Positions 1-10,279 are shown, numbered from the stretch's first letter. The stretch: 64,000 nucleotides of DNA from Clostridia bacterium (GCA_045638525.1 JAZUBQ010000012.1:162094-226093); one strand, 5' to 3'. Program-made: numbers and translations. Notes: generated from the letters alone by a model not told the origin.

Positions 1-1670
1 TCTGCGTCTTCTGCCGCAACAACAACTGCCATACGTTCCTGAGATTCGGAAATTGCCAGTTCGGTACCGTCTAAACCTTCATATTTTTTCGGAACTTTAT
101 CCAGCTGAATCACCAAACCATCACAAAGTTCTCCGATAGCAACAGACACACCGCCTGCACCAAAGTCATTACAACGTTTGATTAAAGTAGTAACTTCTTT
201 CTTTCTCATCAAACGCTGAATTTTACGTTCTTCGGGGGGATTTCCCTTCTGAACTTCGGCACCGCAGGATTCCAGAGATTCCATCGTGTGCGCTTTGGAG
301 GAACCGGTTGCACCACCGCAACCGTCACGACCGGTTCTGCCGCCTAACAGAATAATTTTATCACCGGGCTGGGGACGTTCTCTTACCACATTCGCTTTGG
401 GAACAGCACCAACAACAGCACCGATTTCCAAACGTTTTGCTACATAGCCTTCGTCATAAACTTCTCTTACCAAACCGGTTGCCAAACCAATCTGGTTCCC
501 ATAGGAGCTGTAACCTTTTGCAGCAACTTTGGAGATTTTTCTCTGAGGTAGCTTGCCGGGCAGAGTTTCTTTTAAGGATTTTCTCGGGTCACCGCTACCG
601 GTAATACGCATTGCCTGATATACATAGGAACGACCGGACAACGGGTCACGGATTGCGCCACCCAAACAAGTTGCCGCACCACCAAATGGTTCAATTTCTG
701 TGGGATGGTTATGGGTTTCATTTTTAAACATAATGAGGTAAGCTTCTTTTTTGCCGTTTACCTCTGCTTCCACTTCAATAGAACAAGCATTGATTTCTTC
801 GGATTCATCTAAGTTTTTAAGATAACCCATTTTTTTCAGTTCTTTTGCCGCAATGGTGGCAATATCCATCAGACAAACAGGTTTTTCACTTCTGCCCAAA
901 GAAATTCTTGCATCACAATAGTCTTTATATACTTCATTCACCAACTCGTCTTCCACGTTGATATCTGTCAGATGCGTTGCAAAGGTTGTGTGACGGCAAT
1001 GGTCAGACCAATAGGTATCAATCATACGAAGTTCGGTTAATGTGGGTTCTCTTTGTTCTTCCTCTTTAAAATATTTCTGACAGAAAGAAATATCGTCAAT
1101 ATCCATAGCAAAGCCATATTCGGAAAGCATTGCAGTTAACGCGGTTTTATCTGCAGAAATAAAACCGTCAATCACAGCCACATCTTCAGGCTCGGTCACA
1201 GCGTCAGTCAAGGTCAAAGGTTTTTCTGCTTTGGCTTCTCTTGCTTCCACAGGATTGATAAGATACTTTTTAATTTCGGTAAGTTCATCTTCTGATACAG
1301 CTCCTAAAAAAGCATACACCGTTGCAGTTTTTACAATGGGACGCTCTTTTCCGGTGATAACCTGCACACATTGCGCCGCAGAATCTGCTCTCTGATCATA
1401 CTGACCGGGAAGATATTCCATCACAAAAGTTTTTGCATCCGCTAAATCTACGGTTTCATCATATACAAAGTCCTGCATCGGTTCAGAAAATATAACAAAT
1501 TTTGCCTTATTATATTCTTCTAAGGTGATGCCCGAAATGTCATAGCGAACCAAAATTCTTACTTTGGTGAGCCCTTTGATTCCCAGATTTTCTTTTAAAT
1601 CCTGACAAACGGATTTTGCAGCAATGTCAAAACCATCTTTCTTTTCTGCATAAATTCTAAAAATTTCCAT
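1..1670 (-). CDS. purL: Phosphoribosylformylglycinamidine (FGAM) synthase, N-terminal ~556 aa; the gene runs off the left edge of the window
   Basis: Absent from the ORF track because there is no stop codon in the window. My minus-strand translation from the ATG at 1670-1668 reads MEIFRIYAEKKDGFDIAAKS... It continues through DTYWSDHCRHTTF (around 965-1010) and ETHNHPTEIEPFGGAATC (around 665-720), both typical FGAM synthase core motifs. Confidence 0.85.
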   Translation of the reverse strand, partial: MEIFRIYAEKKDGFDIAAKSVCQDLKENLGIKGLTKVRILVRYDISGITLEEYNKAKFVIFSEPMQDFVYDETVDLADAKTFVMEYLPGQYDQRADSAAQCVQVITGKERPIVKTATVYAFLGAVSEDELTEIKKYLINPVEAREAKAEKPLTLTDAVTEPEDVAVIDGFISADKTALTAMLSEYGFAMDIDDISFCQKYFKEEEQREPTLTELRMIDTYWSDHCRHTTFATHLTDINVEDELVNEVYKDYCDARISLGRSEKPVCLMDIATIAAKELKKMGYLKNLDESEEINACSIEVEAEVNGKKEAYLIMFKNETHNHPTEIEPFGGAATCLGGAIRDPLSGRSYVYQAMRITGSGDPRKSLKETLPGKLPQRKISKVAAKGYSSYGNQIGLATGLVREVYDEGYVAKRLEIGAVVGAVPKANVVRERPQPGDKIILLGGRTGRDGCGGATGSSKAHTMESLESCGAEVQKGNPPEERKIQRLMRKKEVTTLIKRCNDFGAGGVSVAIGELCDGLVIQLDKVPKKYEGLDGTELAISESQERMAVVVAAEDA

Positions 1671-1696
1671 AACCTGACTCCTTTGCGATATTCTTT

Positions 1697-2452
1697 CTAT
1701 TGTTTGTCGGAATCGCCTTGTTCCAAACGGTCAAGCAATTCTCTTACCTGTTCTTCTTTGATGGTGGTGACACCGGAAAACTCTTGTTGCAATGACAGAT
1801 TCAGCATCCGAATTGCTTCCTGGGTGTCCCCTGCTTGTTGTAACGCACAAGCATAGTTGTAATATGCTTCCGGGAATTTGGGTTCTTTTGCAATGAGTTC
1901 TCGATAAATCGCAATGGCTTCAGAAACCTCTCCTGCCATAAATAAACTCAATGCATAATTATCACAAATCACCAAATTGTCCCGATTATACTGATATGCT
2001 TCCTGATTGATCTTTGTGTAATACTCCCGGTCACCTGTTAAAATTGCCATATAGCCGTAAGTGGCATAAAAGTTGGTAGTGCGATATCCTTTTTCATAAA
2101 GAGAATCCAAACTCTCTTTTGCTTCCTCCAACTCACCCTCTTGCAACCGCAAAATGTCCATCATCACTCTTGCCTGATATTTCACATCCTGCTTCACTTT
2201 GGAATCTAACAATAACAAATTCAACGCAGTTTTTGTGCTGTCGGGATCACCGTATTTTAACTCAGCATAGGCAACCTGCACCTGCTGTCCGGGTGAGAGT
2301 CCCATTTTGGAGGCTTTTCTTAAAAGCTCCAATCCTTTTTTCGGATCTCCTGTTACTACTTCCTTCACACCGTTTCGGTAAGTAAAGAAAGAGCGTTTTT
2401 TAAACAAAAACGAAAGTAACAGTATCAGCAATACAACAAGAATCAATTTCAT
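1697..2452 (-). CDS. Membrane-anchored TPR-repeat protein
   Basis: 251-aa ORF with a hydrophobic N-terminus (MKLILVVLLILLLSFLF). It is followed by repeated Ala/Tyr-rich 34-aa-like units (AYYNYACALQQAGDTQEAI, NYALSLFMAGEVSEAIAIY). Confidence 0.6.
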   Translation of the reverse strand: MKLILVVLLILLLSFLFKKRSFFTYRNGVKEVVTGDPKKGLELLRKASKMGLSPGQQVQVAYAELKYGDPDSTKTALNLLLLDSKVKQDVKYQARVMMDILRLQEGELEEAKESLDSLYEKGYRTTNFYATYGYMAILTGDREYYTKINQEAYQYNRDNLVICDNYALSLFMAGEVSEAIAIYRELIAKEPKFPEAYYNYACALQQAGDTQEAIRMLNLSLQQEFSGVTTIKEEQVRELLDRLEQGDSDKQ

Positions 2453-2487
2453 AATGTTTCGTCTCTTTTCGTGCCCATTTAGGGAAA

Positions 2488-3879
2488 TTAAAATTCTGCG
2501 GTTCCCACAGTTCTGGGGAACGGAATTACATCACGGATGTTGGACATACCGGTCAGATACATAATTGCACGTTCAAAGCCCAGACCGTAACCTGCGTGTT
2601 TGTTGGAGCCGTATTTTCTTAAATCCAGATAGAAACCGTAATCTTCTTCGTTTAAGCCCATTTCTTTCATACGTTCCAATAAAACATCCATTCTTTCTTC
2701 TCTCTGGCTTCCGCCGATGATTTCACCAACGCCGGGAACCAGACAGTCCATAGCGGCAACGGTTTTACCGTCATCGTTTAAGCGCATATAGAAAGCTTTG
2801 ATATCCTTGGGATAATCGGTAACAAAGATGGGTTTTTTGAACACGGTTTCGGTTAAATAACGTTCGTGTTCGGTTTGTAAGTCGATACCCCATTTTACGG
2901 GATATTCAAATTTTTCGCCGCAGTTTTCTAAAATCTCAACTGCTTCGGTATAGGTCACTCTGCCAAACTCAGAATTTGCAACAAAGTTCAAACGTTCCAG
3001 CAAAGTCTTATCCACAAAGTTATTGAAAAATTCCATTTCTTCGGGAGCATTTTCCAAAACATAGCGAATGATATATTTTAACATATCTTCTGCCAGTTCC
3101 ATATCGTCATTCAAATCAGCAAACGCGATTTCAGGCTCAATCATCCAGAATTCTGCTGCATGACGGCTGGTGTTGGAGTTTTCTGCACGGAAAGTAGGCC
3201 CAAATGTGTACACTTTCTTAAATGCCATTGCATAAGTTTCCACATTTAACTGACCGCTAACGGTTAAGTTGGTGGATTTTCCGAAGAAATCTTCAGAGAA
3301 ATCAACCTGACCGTCCTGCATAGGAAGTTCGTTCAAATCCAGAGTGGTTACACGGAACATTTCCCCTGCACCTTCACAGTCACTTCCGGTAATGATGGGA
3401 GTGTGTACATATACGAAACCACGTTCATTAAAGAACTGATGAATTGCAAAAGCAACCAAAGAACGAATTCTAAACACCGCTGAAAACAGATTGGAACGAG
3501 GACGCAAATGTGCAATCTGACGAAGATATTCCACACTGTGGCGTTTTTTCTGCAACGGATAATCGGGAGTAGAAACACCCTCGATTATGATTTCTTCTGC
3601 CTGAATTTCAAAGGGCTGTTTGGATTCGGGAGTTTCTAACAAAACACCTCTGACACGCAGTGCAGCACCAACATTTAAGGCAGCAATTTCAGCATAGTTA
3701 TCCAGTTTATCCTGACTGAACACAATCTGAATGTTCTTAAAAAAAGTACCGTCGTTTAATTCGATAAATCCGAATGCTTTGGAGTCACGAATGGTTCTTA
3801 CCCAACCGGTGACAAATACTTCCTGCTGATCCAGAGAAGCGTGTGTTTTGTAAAGTTCTTTAATTTCTGTAGTACGCAT
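2488..3879 (-). CDS. asnS: Asparagine--tRNA ligase
   Basis: 463 aa with an N-terminal OB-fold region ([24 protein letters not shown]). The class II core motifs are [21 protein letters not shown] and [12 protein letters not shown]. Confidence 0.9.
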   Translation of the reverse strand: MRTTEIKELYKTHASLDQQEVFVTGWVRTIRDSKAFGFIELNDGTFFKNIQIVFSQDKLDNYAEIAALNVGAALRVRGVLLETPESKQPFEIQAEEIIIEGVSTPDYPLQKKRHSVEYLRQIAHLRPRSNLFSAVFRIRSLVAFAIHQFFNERGFVYVHTPIITGSDCEGAGEMFRVTTLDLNELPMQDGQVDFSEDFFGKSTNLTVSGQLNVETYAMAFKKVYTFGPTFRAENSNTSRHAAEFWMIEPEIAFADLNDDMELAEDMLKYIIRYVLENAPEEMEFFNNFVDKTLLERLNFVANSEFGRVTYTEAVEILENCGEKFEYPVKWGIDLQTEHERYLTETVFKKPIFVTDYPKDIKAFYMRLNDDGKTVAAMDCLVPGVGEIIGGSQREERMDVLLERMKEMGLNEEDYGFYLDLRKYGSNKHAGYGLGFERAIMYLTGMSNIRDVIPFPRTVGTAEF

Positions 3880-4074
3880 GGTTTTCCTCCATATCTATTC
3901 TTTTTCATTTACAAAATTGATTTGTGACAGAGTTTTCCGGAAACCTGTCTATAATTTGATATTTTATTATAACATAATAAAATCGTAAAGGAAAGAGTTT
4001 TTTGTAATTTTTTTTATTTTTTTGCATATTTTTTTTCATTTTTTCTAAAATTAACGACGAGGGAGGCATTTTTT

Positions 4075-5514
4075 ATGAATTTCAGTCCCAATTTACAAGA
4101 AAATTATCATCATTTCAAACAAATATTCCAAAACAACTGTATGGTTGTGTTTCGATACTTAGAAAACAGTTTCAATCCCAATCTGAAAGGATTGGCAATC
4201 TTTGCGGATGGTCTTGTCGGAGCAAGTCTCGTCAACGACTATGTGGTGAAGCCATTTTTAAACAATCCTAAGTTACAAAATTCCGAAAATCACCTTTTAT
4301 TTGTCAAAAACAGTGTGTTGCAATCGAACGATATTGTGATTCTCAATGATTACGAAGAATGTATCAAGCGGTTGTTTTCAGGCGATGTGATATTTTTTCT
4401 GGATGGCTTCCCCACTCCACTTGCCGTGAACGCCAGATTTCCTGCCACAAGAAGCATCTCGGAACCCGAAAACGAAAAATCGTTAAAAGGTCCACGGGAA
4501 GGTTTTTGCGAACTGATTTTATTTAATACCGCACTGTTGATGCGCAGACTCAAAAACGACCGGCTGAAATTTGAGAGTTTTACGTTAGGTAATCGCACAA
4601 AAACCCCGGTGGTGATGGCATATCTGGAAGGCATTTGCCACAACAAACTGATTTTAGAGACTAAAAAGCGTCTGAATCGTATCAATACCGATGCCATTAC
4701 CGACACCAATCAAATTGCAGAACTCATCAAAGCAAAGCCCTACTCCCCTTTTAAAACCACAGGTTCTTCCGAGCGACCCGATGTGGTTGCCAATAAACTG
4801 CTGGAAGGACGCATTGCAATTATTGCTGACGGAACACCGCAGGTTATCACACTTCCTTTTTTATTTAATGAATATTTCCAGTCTTCCGACGATTACAGCC
4901 TCAATTTTTATTTTGGAACCATTTCCCGACTTCTTCGCTATCTTTCCTTTTTGATTGCTGTATTCTTGCCCGCTTTGTATCTTGCCTCCATCAAATTCCA
5001 AAAAGAAATTCTGCCGGAAAAACTGCTGTATAGCATTAGTGCCGCCCGTATGAATGTTCCGCTTTCTGCCACTATGGAACTCATTGTATTCCTGATTTTT
5101 TTTGAAATTTTACGGGAAGCCTCCACCAGAACACCTTCTGTGATCGGACAAACTTTAAGTATTGCAGGGGCATTGATTTTAGGGCAAACAGCTGTGGAGG
5201 CAAATTTCATTTCAATCCCCGCCATCATCATTGTTGCCATCAGCGGATTGTGCAGCAATGTTCTTCCACAGATGCGTGGAGCTCTTCTTTTGTGTCGGCT
5301 TGCAATTCTTATCATAGCCTCTCAGATCGGGATTTACGGAGTGATTTTAGGTGCCTGTGCCATCATCATTCATCTGTCGGACATCACAGTATATTCCACC
5401 AGTTATTTAAACGATATGCTTCCACATGAGAAAAACGGTTGGATGGATATTTATATTCGGGCTCCCTATCGGTTTCTGACACAGAAAAAAGACTACCTCT
5501 CCAAAGGAAATTAG
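4075..5514 (+). CDS. Spore germination receptor, GerA-family A subunit
   Basis: 479 aa. A soluble N-terminal part (SISEPENEKSLKGPREGF, RPDVVANKLLEGRIAIIADGTPQVITLP) is followed by a multi-TM C-terminus. A GGAGG RBS lies upstream. Confidence 0.8.
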   Translation: MNFSPNLQENYHHFKQIFQNNCMVVFRYLENSFNPNLKGLAIFADGLVGASLVNDYVVKPFLNNPKLQNSENHLLFVKNSVLQSNDIVILNDYEECIKRLFSGDVIFFLDGFPTPLAVNARFPATRSISEPENEKSLKGPREGFCELILFNTALLMRRLKNDRLKFESFTLGNRTKTPVVMAYLEGICHNKLILETKKRLNRINTDAITDTNQIAELIKAKPYSPFKTTGSSERPDVVANKLLEGRIAIIADGTPQVITLPFLFNEYFQSSDDYSLNFYFGTISRLLRYLSFLIAVFLPALYLASIKFQKEILPEKLLYSISAARMNVPLSATMELIVFLIFFEILREASTRTPSVIGQTLSIAGALILGQTAVEANFISIPAIIIVAISGLCSNVLPQMRGALLLCRLAILIIASQIGIYGVILGACAIIIHLSDITVYSTSYLNDMLPHEKNGWMDIYIRAPYRFLTQKKDYLSKGN

Positions 5515-5519
5515 GTGAA

Positions 5520-6185
5520 ATGATGAAGCGGTTTTTTTGTATATTCTTTTCCGTTCTGCTTGGAATTTTACTTCTGACAGGATGTGGTTACCAAGCAGAT
5601 GCCGAGCTTGGAAATGTCAATGTAGTCATTGGATTGTATCTGGATGTTTCCCCCGCTAATGGTCACTATATTTTAAAAGCAGAAATTGCAGATTTCAGCG
5701 AATACGAAAAATCGTCGGATATTTCAGCAAAAATACTGCAATCAGAGGGGACTTCCATTGCCGATGCTATGGCAAAACTGAATCAGATTTCAGATAAGGA
5801 ACTGTATTTTTCTCACGCAAAAATGATTCTGTTAGGAAGCGGTTTTCAATCTGTTGATATAGAAAATACCGTCGAGTATTTCACCCGTCACCCCCATATC
5901 AACTCCAACATACATCTTTGTATGTCTCAAAATGATTTATTATCAAAAAAAGAAGAAACATCGGATTCCGTTTTTCAGCCGCTCTGTTCTCTTTTAGAAC
6001 GTGATACCGAAACCGACTTCCCCACTCTTTATCAGTTATACCGAAAAGAAAATGCACAATTTTCTCTGCCTTTGGTAATCAAAACAGAGAACGGTGCTAT
6101 CATTTCATCGGCAATATTTTTTAATTATCATCATCAAATGACTGTTGACAATTTTCAATCATCTACTACAATGCAGGGAGGTTAA
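5520..6185 (+). CDS. Ger(x)C-like germination lipoprotein, unusually short (~221 aa)
   Basis: In-frame ATG at 5520 gives MMKRFFCIFFSVLLGILLLTGCGY with an LTGC lipobox. It sits between the A and B subunit genes. The region upstream of 5520 in the track ORF overlaps the A gene and is not counted. Confidence 0.6.
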   Translation: MMKRFFCIFFSVLLGILLLTGCGYQADAELGNVNVVIGLYLDVSPANGHYILKAEIADFSEYEKSSDISAKILQSEGTSIADAMAKLNQISDKELYFSHAKMILLGSGFQSVDIENTVEYFTRHPHINSNIHLCMSQNDLLSKKEETSDSVFQPLCSLLERDTETDFPTLYQLYRKENAQFSLPLVIKTENGAIISSAIFFNYHHQMTVDNFQSSTTMQGG

Positions 6186-6189
6186 TCCT

Positions 6190-7290
6190 ATGAAACTGAC
6201 AAATCAACAAGGCTTTTGCCTGATGACTGCTTTTTTGTTAGGAAATGTTCTCTCAGGAATCGGCGGAATGGGGCACGAACCCAAAACAGGCTATCTCGGC
6301 ATCTTTATCAGCTATGGAATCTATCTGGTATTTGTGGCGATGTATCACTTCATTTTAAAGCGCAACGGCTACCGGGGATTTTTTCACATCATAAAAAATC
6401 AATTTGGTCCGAACGGACAGAAACCGGTATTGATTGTAATAGCAGTTTCTGCCTTCTTATCCGCTTTTTTCAGCATCAGCAATTATATGAATTTTATTTT
6501 TGTCAGCACCTATCAGAAAACACCGGTTTTACCATGTCTGATTTTTGTATTACTGCTCATTTTGTATTTATGCCTGAGCCGTGAAAAAACAATGGGGCGA
6601 TATTCGGAAATTGTGTTACCCATTGTGTTTGTTGCCATTATCACTTTATTATGCTTTGGTCTTTCGCATTGGAATTCAGCAAATTTACAAACCGATATTT
6701 CCATCACGACCATAGTAAAACAAGGTGCATTTTTATTTTTGGGTCCTTTTTCCGAGATGGTATTTTTCTATTTGGTTTCTGAGTGTCTGCAATCGCCAAA
6801 AAGCATTTCCAAAATTGCTGTTTTCTCGGGCGCGACTGTAACCGTAATTTTTTCTTTGATTTATCTTTTTAATTTATCCGTTTTAGGCGAACAACTGATG
6901 GCAGATTCTAAATTTCCAACCTTTACTGCCGCATCGGTTATACCGATTGGAACCGTCATTGAAAAAGCCGAAACCCTGATTACTTTTTCCTATAGTTTTT
7001 GTGACATTCTCTATAGCAGCGTTTGTCTTTTTGTGTGTCAGAAATCGCTTGGAATTTTGTTTTCAATGAAACAAAAGACAAAAAAAATAACAGCGTTTTC
7101 AGCTGTTATTTTCATTGGTTTATTATGGTTTTTGTTAAAACAAAAAATCACTTTGGAAACTGTATATCCCATTGCCACCATCCTGCTGATGCCGTTAACA
7201 ACAGGACTTCCCATTCTGATGTTATTATTCAGTATCAAATCACCAAAAGACAACCATCAATACAAAAGCTCGTGTTCTAAAAAGCTATAG
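6190..7290 (+). CDS. Spore germination receptor B subunit (GerAB/amino-acid-permease-like membrane protein)
   Basis: ATG at 6190 is preceded by GGGAGG. The product MKLTNQQGFCLMTAFLLGNVLSG... has about 10 hydrophobic segments and lies in the ger operon. Confidence 0.75.
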   Translation: MKLTNQQGFCLMTAFLLGNVLSGIGGMGHEPKTGYLGIFISYGIYLVFVAMYHFILKRNGYRGFFHIIKNQFGPNGQKPVLIVIAVSAFLSAFFSISNYMNFIFVSTYQKTPVLPCLIFVLLLILYLCLSREKTMGRYSEIVLPIVFVAIITLLCFGLSHWNSANLQTDISITTIVKQGAFLFLGPFSEMVFFYLVSECLQSPKSISKIAVFSGATVTVIFSLIYLFNLSVLGEQLMADSKFPTFTAASVIPIGTVIEKAETLITFSYSFCDILYSSVCLFVCQKSLGILFSMKQKTKKITAFSAVIFIGLLWFLLKQKITLETVYPIATILLMPLTTGLPILMLLFSIKSPKDNHQYKSSCSKKL

Positions 7291-7988
7291 CATCTGTGTC
7301 CGGATACAATCACGTGATCTTCCACACGAATATCAACCGTATTTAAGGCACGGGTAATCAAACGAGTTGTATCAATATCAGCACCACTTGGATTGATATT
7401 CCCACTGGGATGATTATGTGCAAGAATCACCCGTTTGGTTTTGGGATATTTCAGCACTTGTTCCACAATTTTTCTGGGTTCTACAGAAATTTCACTGACG
7501 GAGCCTTCAAATACTTTTTCATAAGCAATTACTTTACCGGCATTGTTCAGAAAAACAACATAGAAAACCTCGTTCAGATGTCCCGAAAACAAACTAACTG
7601 CAAACTCCTGAATATCCTCTGCGGTTTTTAACACCTTAGTTTCCTTCAGTCGTTCCGTTTCGATTTCTCTCATGATACATTTGACAAGCGTAATCAATGC
7701 TGCCGTATTTTCACCGACACCCGGAATCTTTTTCAAGTCACCGGGATCCGCTTCAAAAACAGCAGATAAACGATTGCCGTAATATGCCAAAATCTCGTGG
7801 GACAACTCATTGGTATCTTTTCTGGGGATGGAATAAAACGTCAAAAGTTCCATCAACTCGTGAGGACACAAGTAATCAAACTGTGCCGACAATAATTTCG
7901 AGCGCAGTCTTTGTCTGTGTCCATCATGATGGTGAGATGGTTTCTTTGGGGTACTATCTGACATATAAATTATTTCCGTCTTTATCAA
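7257..7988 (-). CDS. radC: RadC-like JAB-domain protein
   Basis: The JAB/MPN motif HNHPSGNINPSGADIDTTR sits near the C-terminus, and there is an HhH-like GVGENTAALI segment. The true start may be the internal Met at 7964. Confidence 0.8.
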   Translation of the reverse strand: MIKTEIIYMSDSTPKKPSHHHDGHRQRLRSKLLSAQFDYLCPHELMELLTFYSIPRKDTNELSHEILAYYGNRLSAVFEADPGDLKKIPGVGENTAALITLVKCIMREIETERLKETKVLKTAEDIQEFAVSLFSGHLNEVFYVVFLNNAGKVIAYEKVFEGSVSEISVEPRKIVEQVLKYPKTKRVILAHNHPSGNINPSGADIDTTRLITRALNTVDIRVEDHVIVSGHRCYSFLEHELLY

Positions 7989-8487
7989 TTACTACGGTTA
8001 ATGCAAGATCTTCCACTCTGAGCTTACGGATTGCTTCTGCACCCAAGTCTTCATAGCAAACAATTTCTGCTTCCTTAATGGACTTGGAAATCAAAGCACC
8101 TGCACCACCGATGGCAGCAAAATAAATGCCTTCATTTCGTTTAATCGCATCAATGACATCCTGGTTTCGGAGACCTTTACCAATCATACCAAGCTGTCCT
8201 TCGTCCAGCAAAGTGGGAGCGTATTTATCCATACGATAGCTGGTGGTAGGTCCGCAAGAACCGATGACTTCACCCGGCTTCGGAGGAGTGGGCCCTGCAT
8301 AGTAAATCACTGCATTTTTGATGTCGATAGGCAATTCTTCCCCACGAGCCAAAGCTTCGGTCAAACGTTTATGAGCCGCATCTCTGGCGGTATAAATAGT
8401 ACCGGAGAGAAGAACCATATCCCCTGCTTTTAAATTTTTGATTTTTTCCACTTCAGAAGTATGAACTTTAATTTCCATAGTTTTCAC
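7954..8487 (-). CDS. Fe-S hydro-lyase beta subunit (class I fumarate hydratase / tartrate dehydratase beta type)
   Basis: 177 aa containing LSGTIYTARDAAHKRL, YYAGPTPPKPGEVIGSCGPTTSYRMD and MIGKG, as in FumA C-terminal/TtdB-type proteins. No alpha subunit gene is adjacent. Confidence 0.75.
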   Translation of the reverse strand: MKTMEIKVHTSEVEKIKNLKAGDMVLLSGTIYTARDAAHKRLTEALARGEELPIDIKNAVIYYAGPTPPKPGEVIGSCGPTTSYRMDKYAPTLLDEGQLGMIGKGLRNQDVIDAIKRNEGIYFAAIGGAGALISKSIKEAEIVCYEDLGAEAIRKLRVEDLALTVVIDKDGNNLYVR

Positions 8488-8505
8488 TTTCCTTTATATT
8501 ATTCG

Positions 8506-9531
8506 TTATTTTATCAGAATTTCAGGGAGCTTAGTCGCATCCTCCAAAATATAATCTGCACCCATATTTTCAAAAAACAATCGGGCATCTTTTCCGTCAA
8601 TACCGGTCAGAACCGCACAGAATTTACAACCTGCAGCATGAGCCGCCAACAAATCGCAAAGAGCATCTCCCACCACCAGAACACGACTGCAATCGGGTAT
8701 ATTACGAAGATGTTCTATGGCAAAGCTGCTTCCCATTGCTCCTTTGATAAACTGAAACGGATGGGGTTTCACCAAACTTTCTTCCACTTGATTCTGCCAA
8801 GTGAGCACGTCATCGTAACTCACAATTCTGTCAGAATCAAACAAGGATAAGACCTCCCAGTTAGACAGCGGACGCTCCATTTCTATTTTTGGTCTTCCAC
8901 TGCCAATCCCCAAATGATATCCACTGTTTTTGAGCTTGGTCAGCATTGTCACAGTTGGCTGTAGTCCCAATAAAGGTTCCTCAAAATCCAAAAGTCCGAC
9001 ATTTCCTTTTACCGTCGGTGCAGCCTCTTGATATTGTTTAAAATAGCCGGCATCTCCAAGAGACCAATGCTGAAATTTACGAACAATTTCCTGATAGAAG
9101 GTGTTCCCTTTTTGAGCATACCCTTCCGGATAATTGAAAATTTCTTCGTATTCTTGTGACAAAACAGTTAACAATTCGGGAGCCAGTATATTTTTATCGG
9201 TGAGATACTCAGAAACCCGAGAGAAAACATCTTCCTCCTCCAGTCCTTCACTTTTTAAAATATCAATCACCATTACTACCGCAAATGCCAAATCCCAGTT
9301 TGAGTTGATTCCCAAAGATTTCATGGTTACAACAGTTTCCTGATAAGAAAACACCTGATCCATAATGGCATCTGCATTTTCATAACAGTATTCACTGTTT
9401 AATTCCAAATCATCGTGAAAATATTCATACACGGTCAGAGCCGCCGCTTTCCAATAGGCATATTCGCCGGTTATCACACCGTCCAAATCAAACAGTACGG
9501 TATCAAACTGCCTAGAGTGCCCGTCGTCCAT
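8506..9531 (-). CDS. HAD-superfamily hydrolase with a large cap insertion
   Basis: 341 aa. HAD motif I is LFDLDGVI and the C-terminal motif is VLVVGDALCDLLAAHAAG. About 200 aa lie between the motifs. Confidence 0.65.
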   Translation of the reverse strand: MDDGHSRQFDTVLFDLDGVITGEYAYWKAAALTVYEYFHDDLELNSEYCYENADAIMDQVFSYQETVVTMKSLGINSNWDLAFAVVMVIDILKSEGLEEEDVFSRVSEYLTDKNILAPELLTVLSQEYEEIFNYPEGYAQKGNTFYQEIVRKFQHWSLGDAGYFKQYQEAAPTVKGNVGLLDFEEPLLGLQPTVTMLTKLKNSGYHLGIGSGRPKIEMERPLSNWEVLSLFDSDRIVSYDDVLTWQNQVEESLVKPHPFQFIKGAMGSSFAIEHLRNIPDCSRVLVVGDALCDLLAAHAAGCKFCAVLTGIDGKDARLFFENMGADYILEDATKLPEILIK

Positions 9532-9570
9532 AGTTGTTGTTCTCCATTTCTTTTTTACATATCAAAAATT

Positions 9571-10197
9571 TTATTCTATTACAAAGTCAATTTTTCCGGC
9601 AACACCGGAAGTTAAGCCGATTCTGGCTTCATCACAAAAGAGCGCTCTCTTTAATGCAATACCGAACGCACGGTAAATTGCTTCAAAAATGTGGTGCATA
9701 TTTGCACCCTTTCTCAGGTTAACATGCAAGGTTGCCTGCGCTCCCTGTGCCACACCTTCCAAAAAGACAAATAAATCTTCGGTAGCAATCCCTTCGGTAA
9801 TTTCCGAAAGTGTTCCCACGCTGTTCTCAAAATGAAAGTAGGCACGGTCTTCAAAACTGATTGCCGCTTCTGCATATGCCTCGTCGATAATACCAACGCC
9901 GTCGCCAAACCCGGTAACACCGCTGGAAGAATTTTGTGAAACATAAGTTTTTAACGCCTTTCCAAACGCAATGCCAAGATCCTCAAAAACTACATGAGAC
10001 AACACAAACGTATTTAACTTTACATCCGTTTCAATGGTAATCCCTGCACGATATGCAATATGTTCAATCATATGATTGAGAAAGGGATAGGGTGTATTGA
10101 TTTTTTTGCGATAATCACAAGATAACGCTTTAAAATCACAAGCTACTTTCATATTGGATTCCGTCGTAGTACGTGTGACCGTAACAGTAGTTTTCAT
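9571..10197 (-). CDS. Imidazoleglycerol-phosphate dehydratase-like protein (divergent)
   Basis: Start chosen at the ATG at 10197, after a GGAAGGAA RBS. The product MKTTVTVTRTTTESN... has the second IGPD motif intact (GANMHHIFEAIYRAFG). The first motif is degenerate (LSHVVFEDLGIAFG where xHHxxE is expected). Confidence 0.65.
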   Translation of the reverse strand: MKTTVTVTRTTTESNMKVACDFKALSCDYRKKINTPYPFLNHMIEHIAYRAGITIETDVKLNTFVLSHVVFEDLGIAFGKALKTYVSQNSSSGVTGFGDGVGIIDEAYAEAAISFEDRAYFHFENSVGTLSEITEGIATEDLFVFLEGVAQGAQATLHVNLRKGANMHHIFEAIYRAFGIALKRALFCDEARIGLTSGVAGKIDFVIE

Positions 10198-10279
10198 AAA
10201 GGTTCCTTCCTTTCTTCCTATCTTCACCGGAAGATATATAGAATGTATTATAACATATGGTAAACCAAAAATCAAGACC

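Noticed and set aside
3880-4074. Possible T-box leader upstream of asnS
   Set aside because: The spacer is only ~195 nt and extremely AT-rich. It is shared with the divergent ger promoter. It lacks the conserved T-box sequence and any specifier or antiterminator architecture that I could trace.
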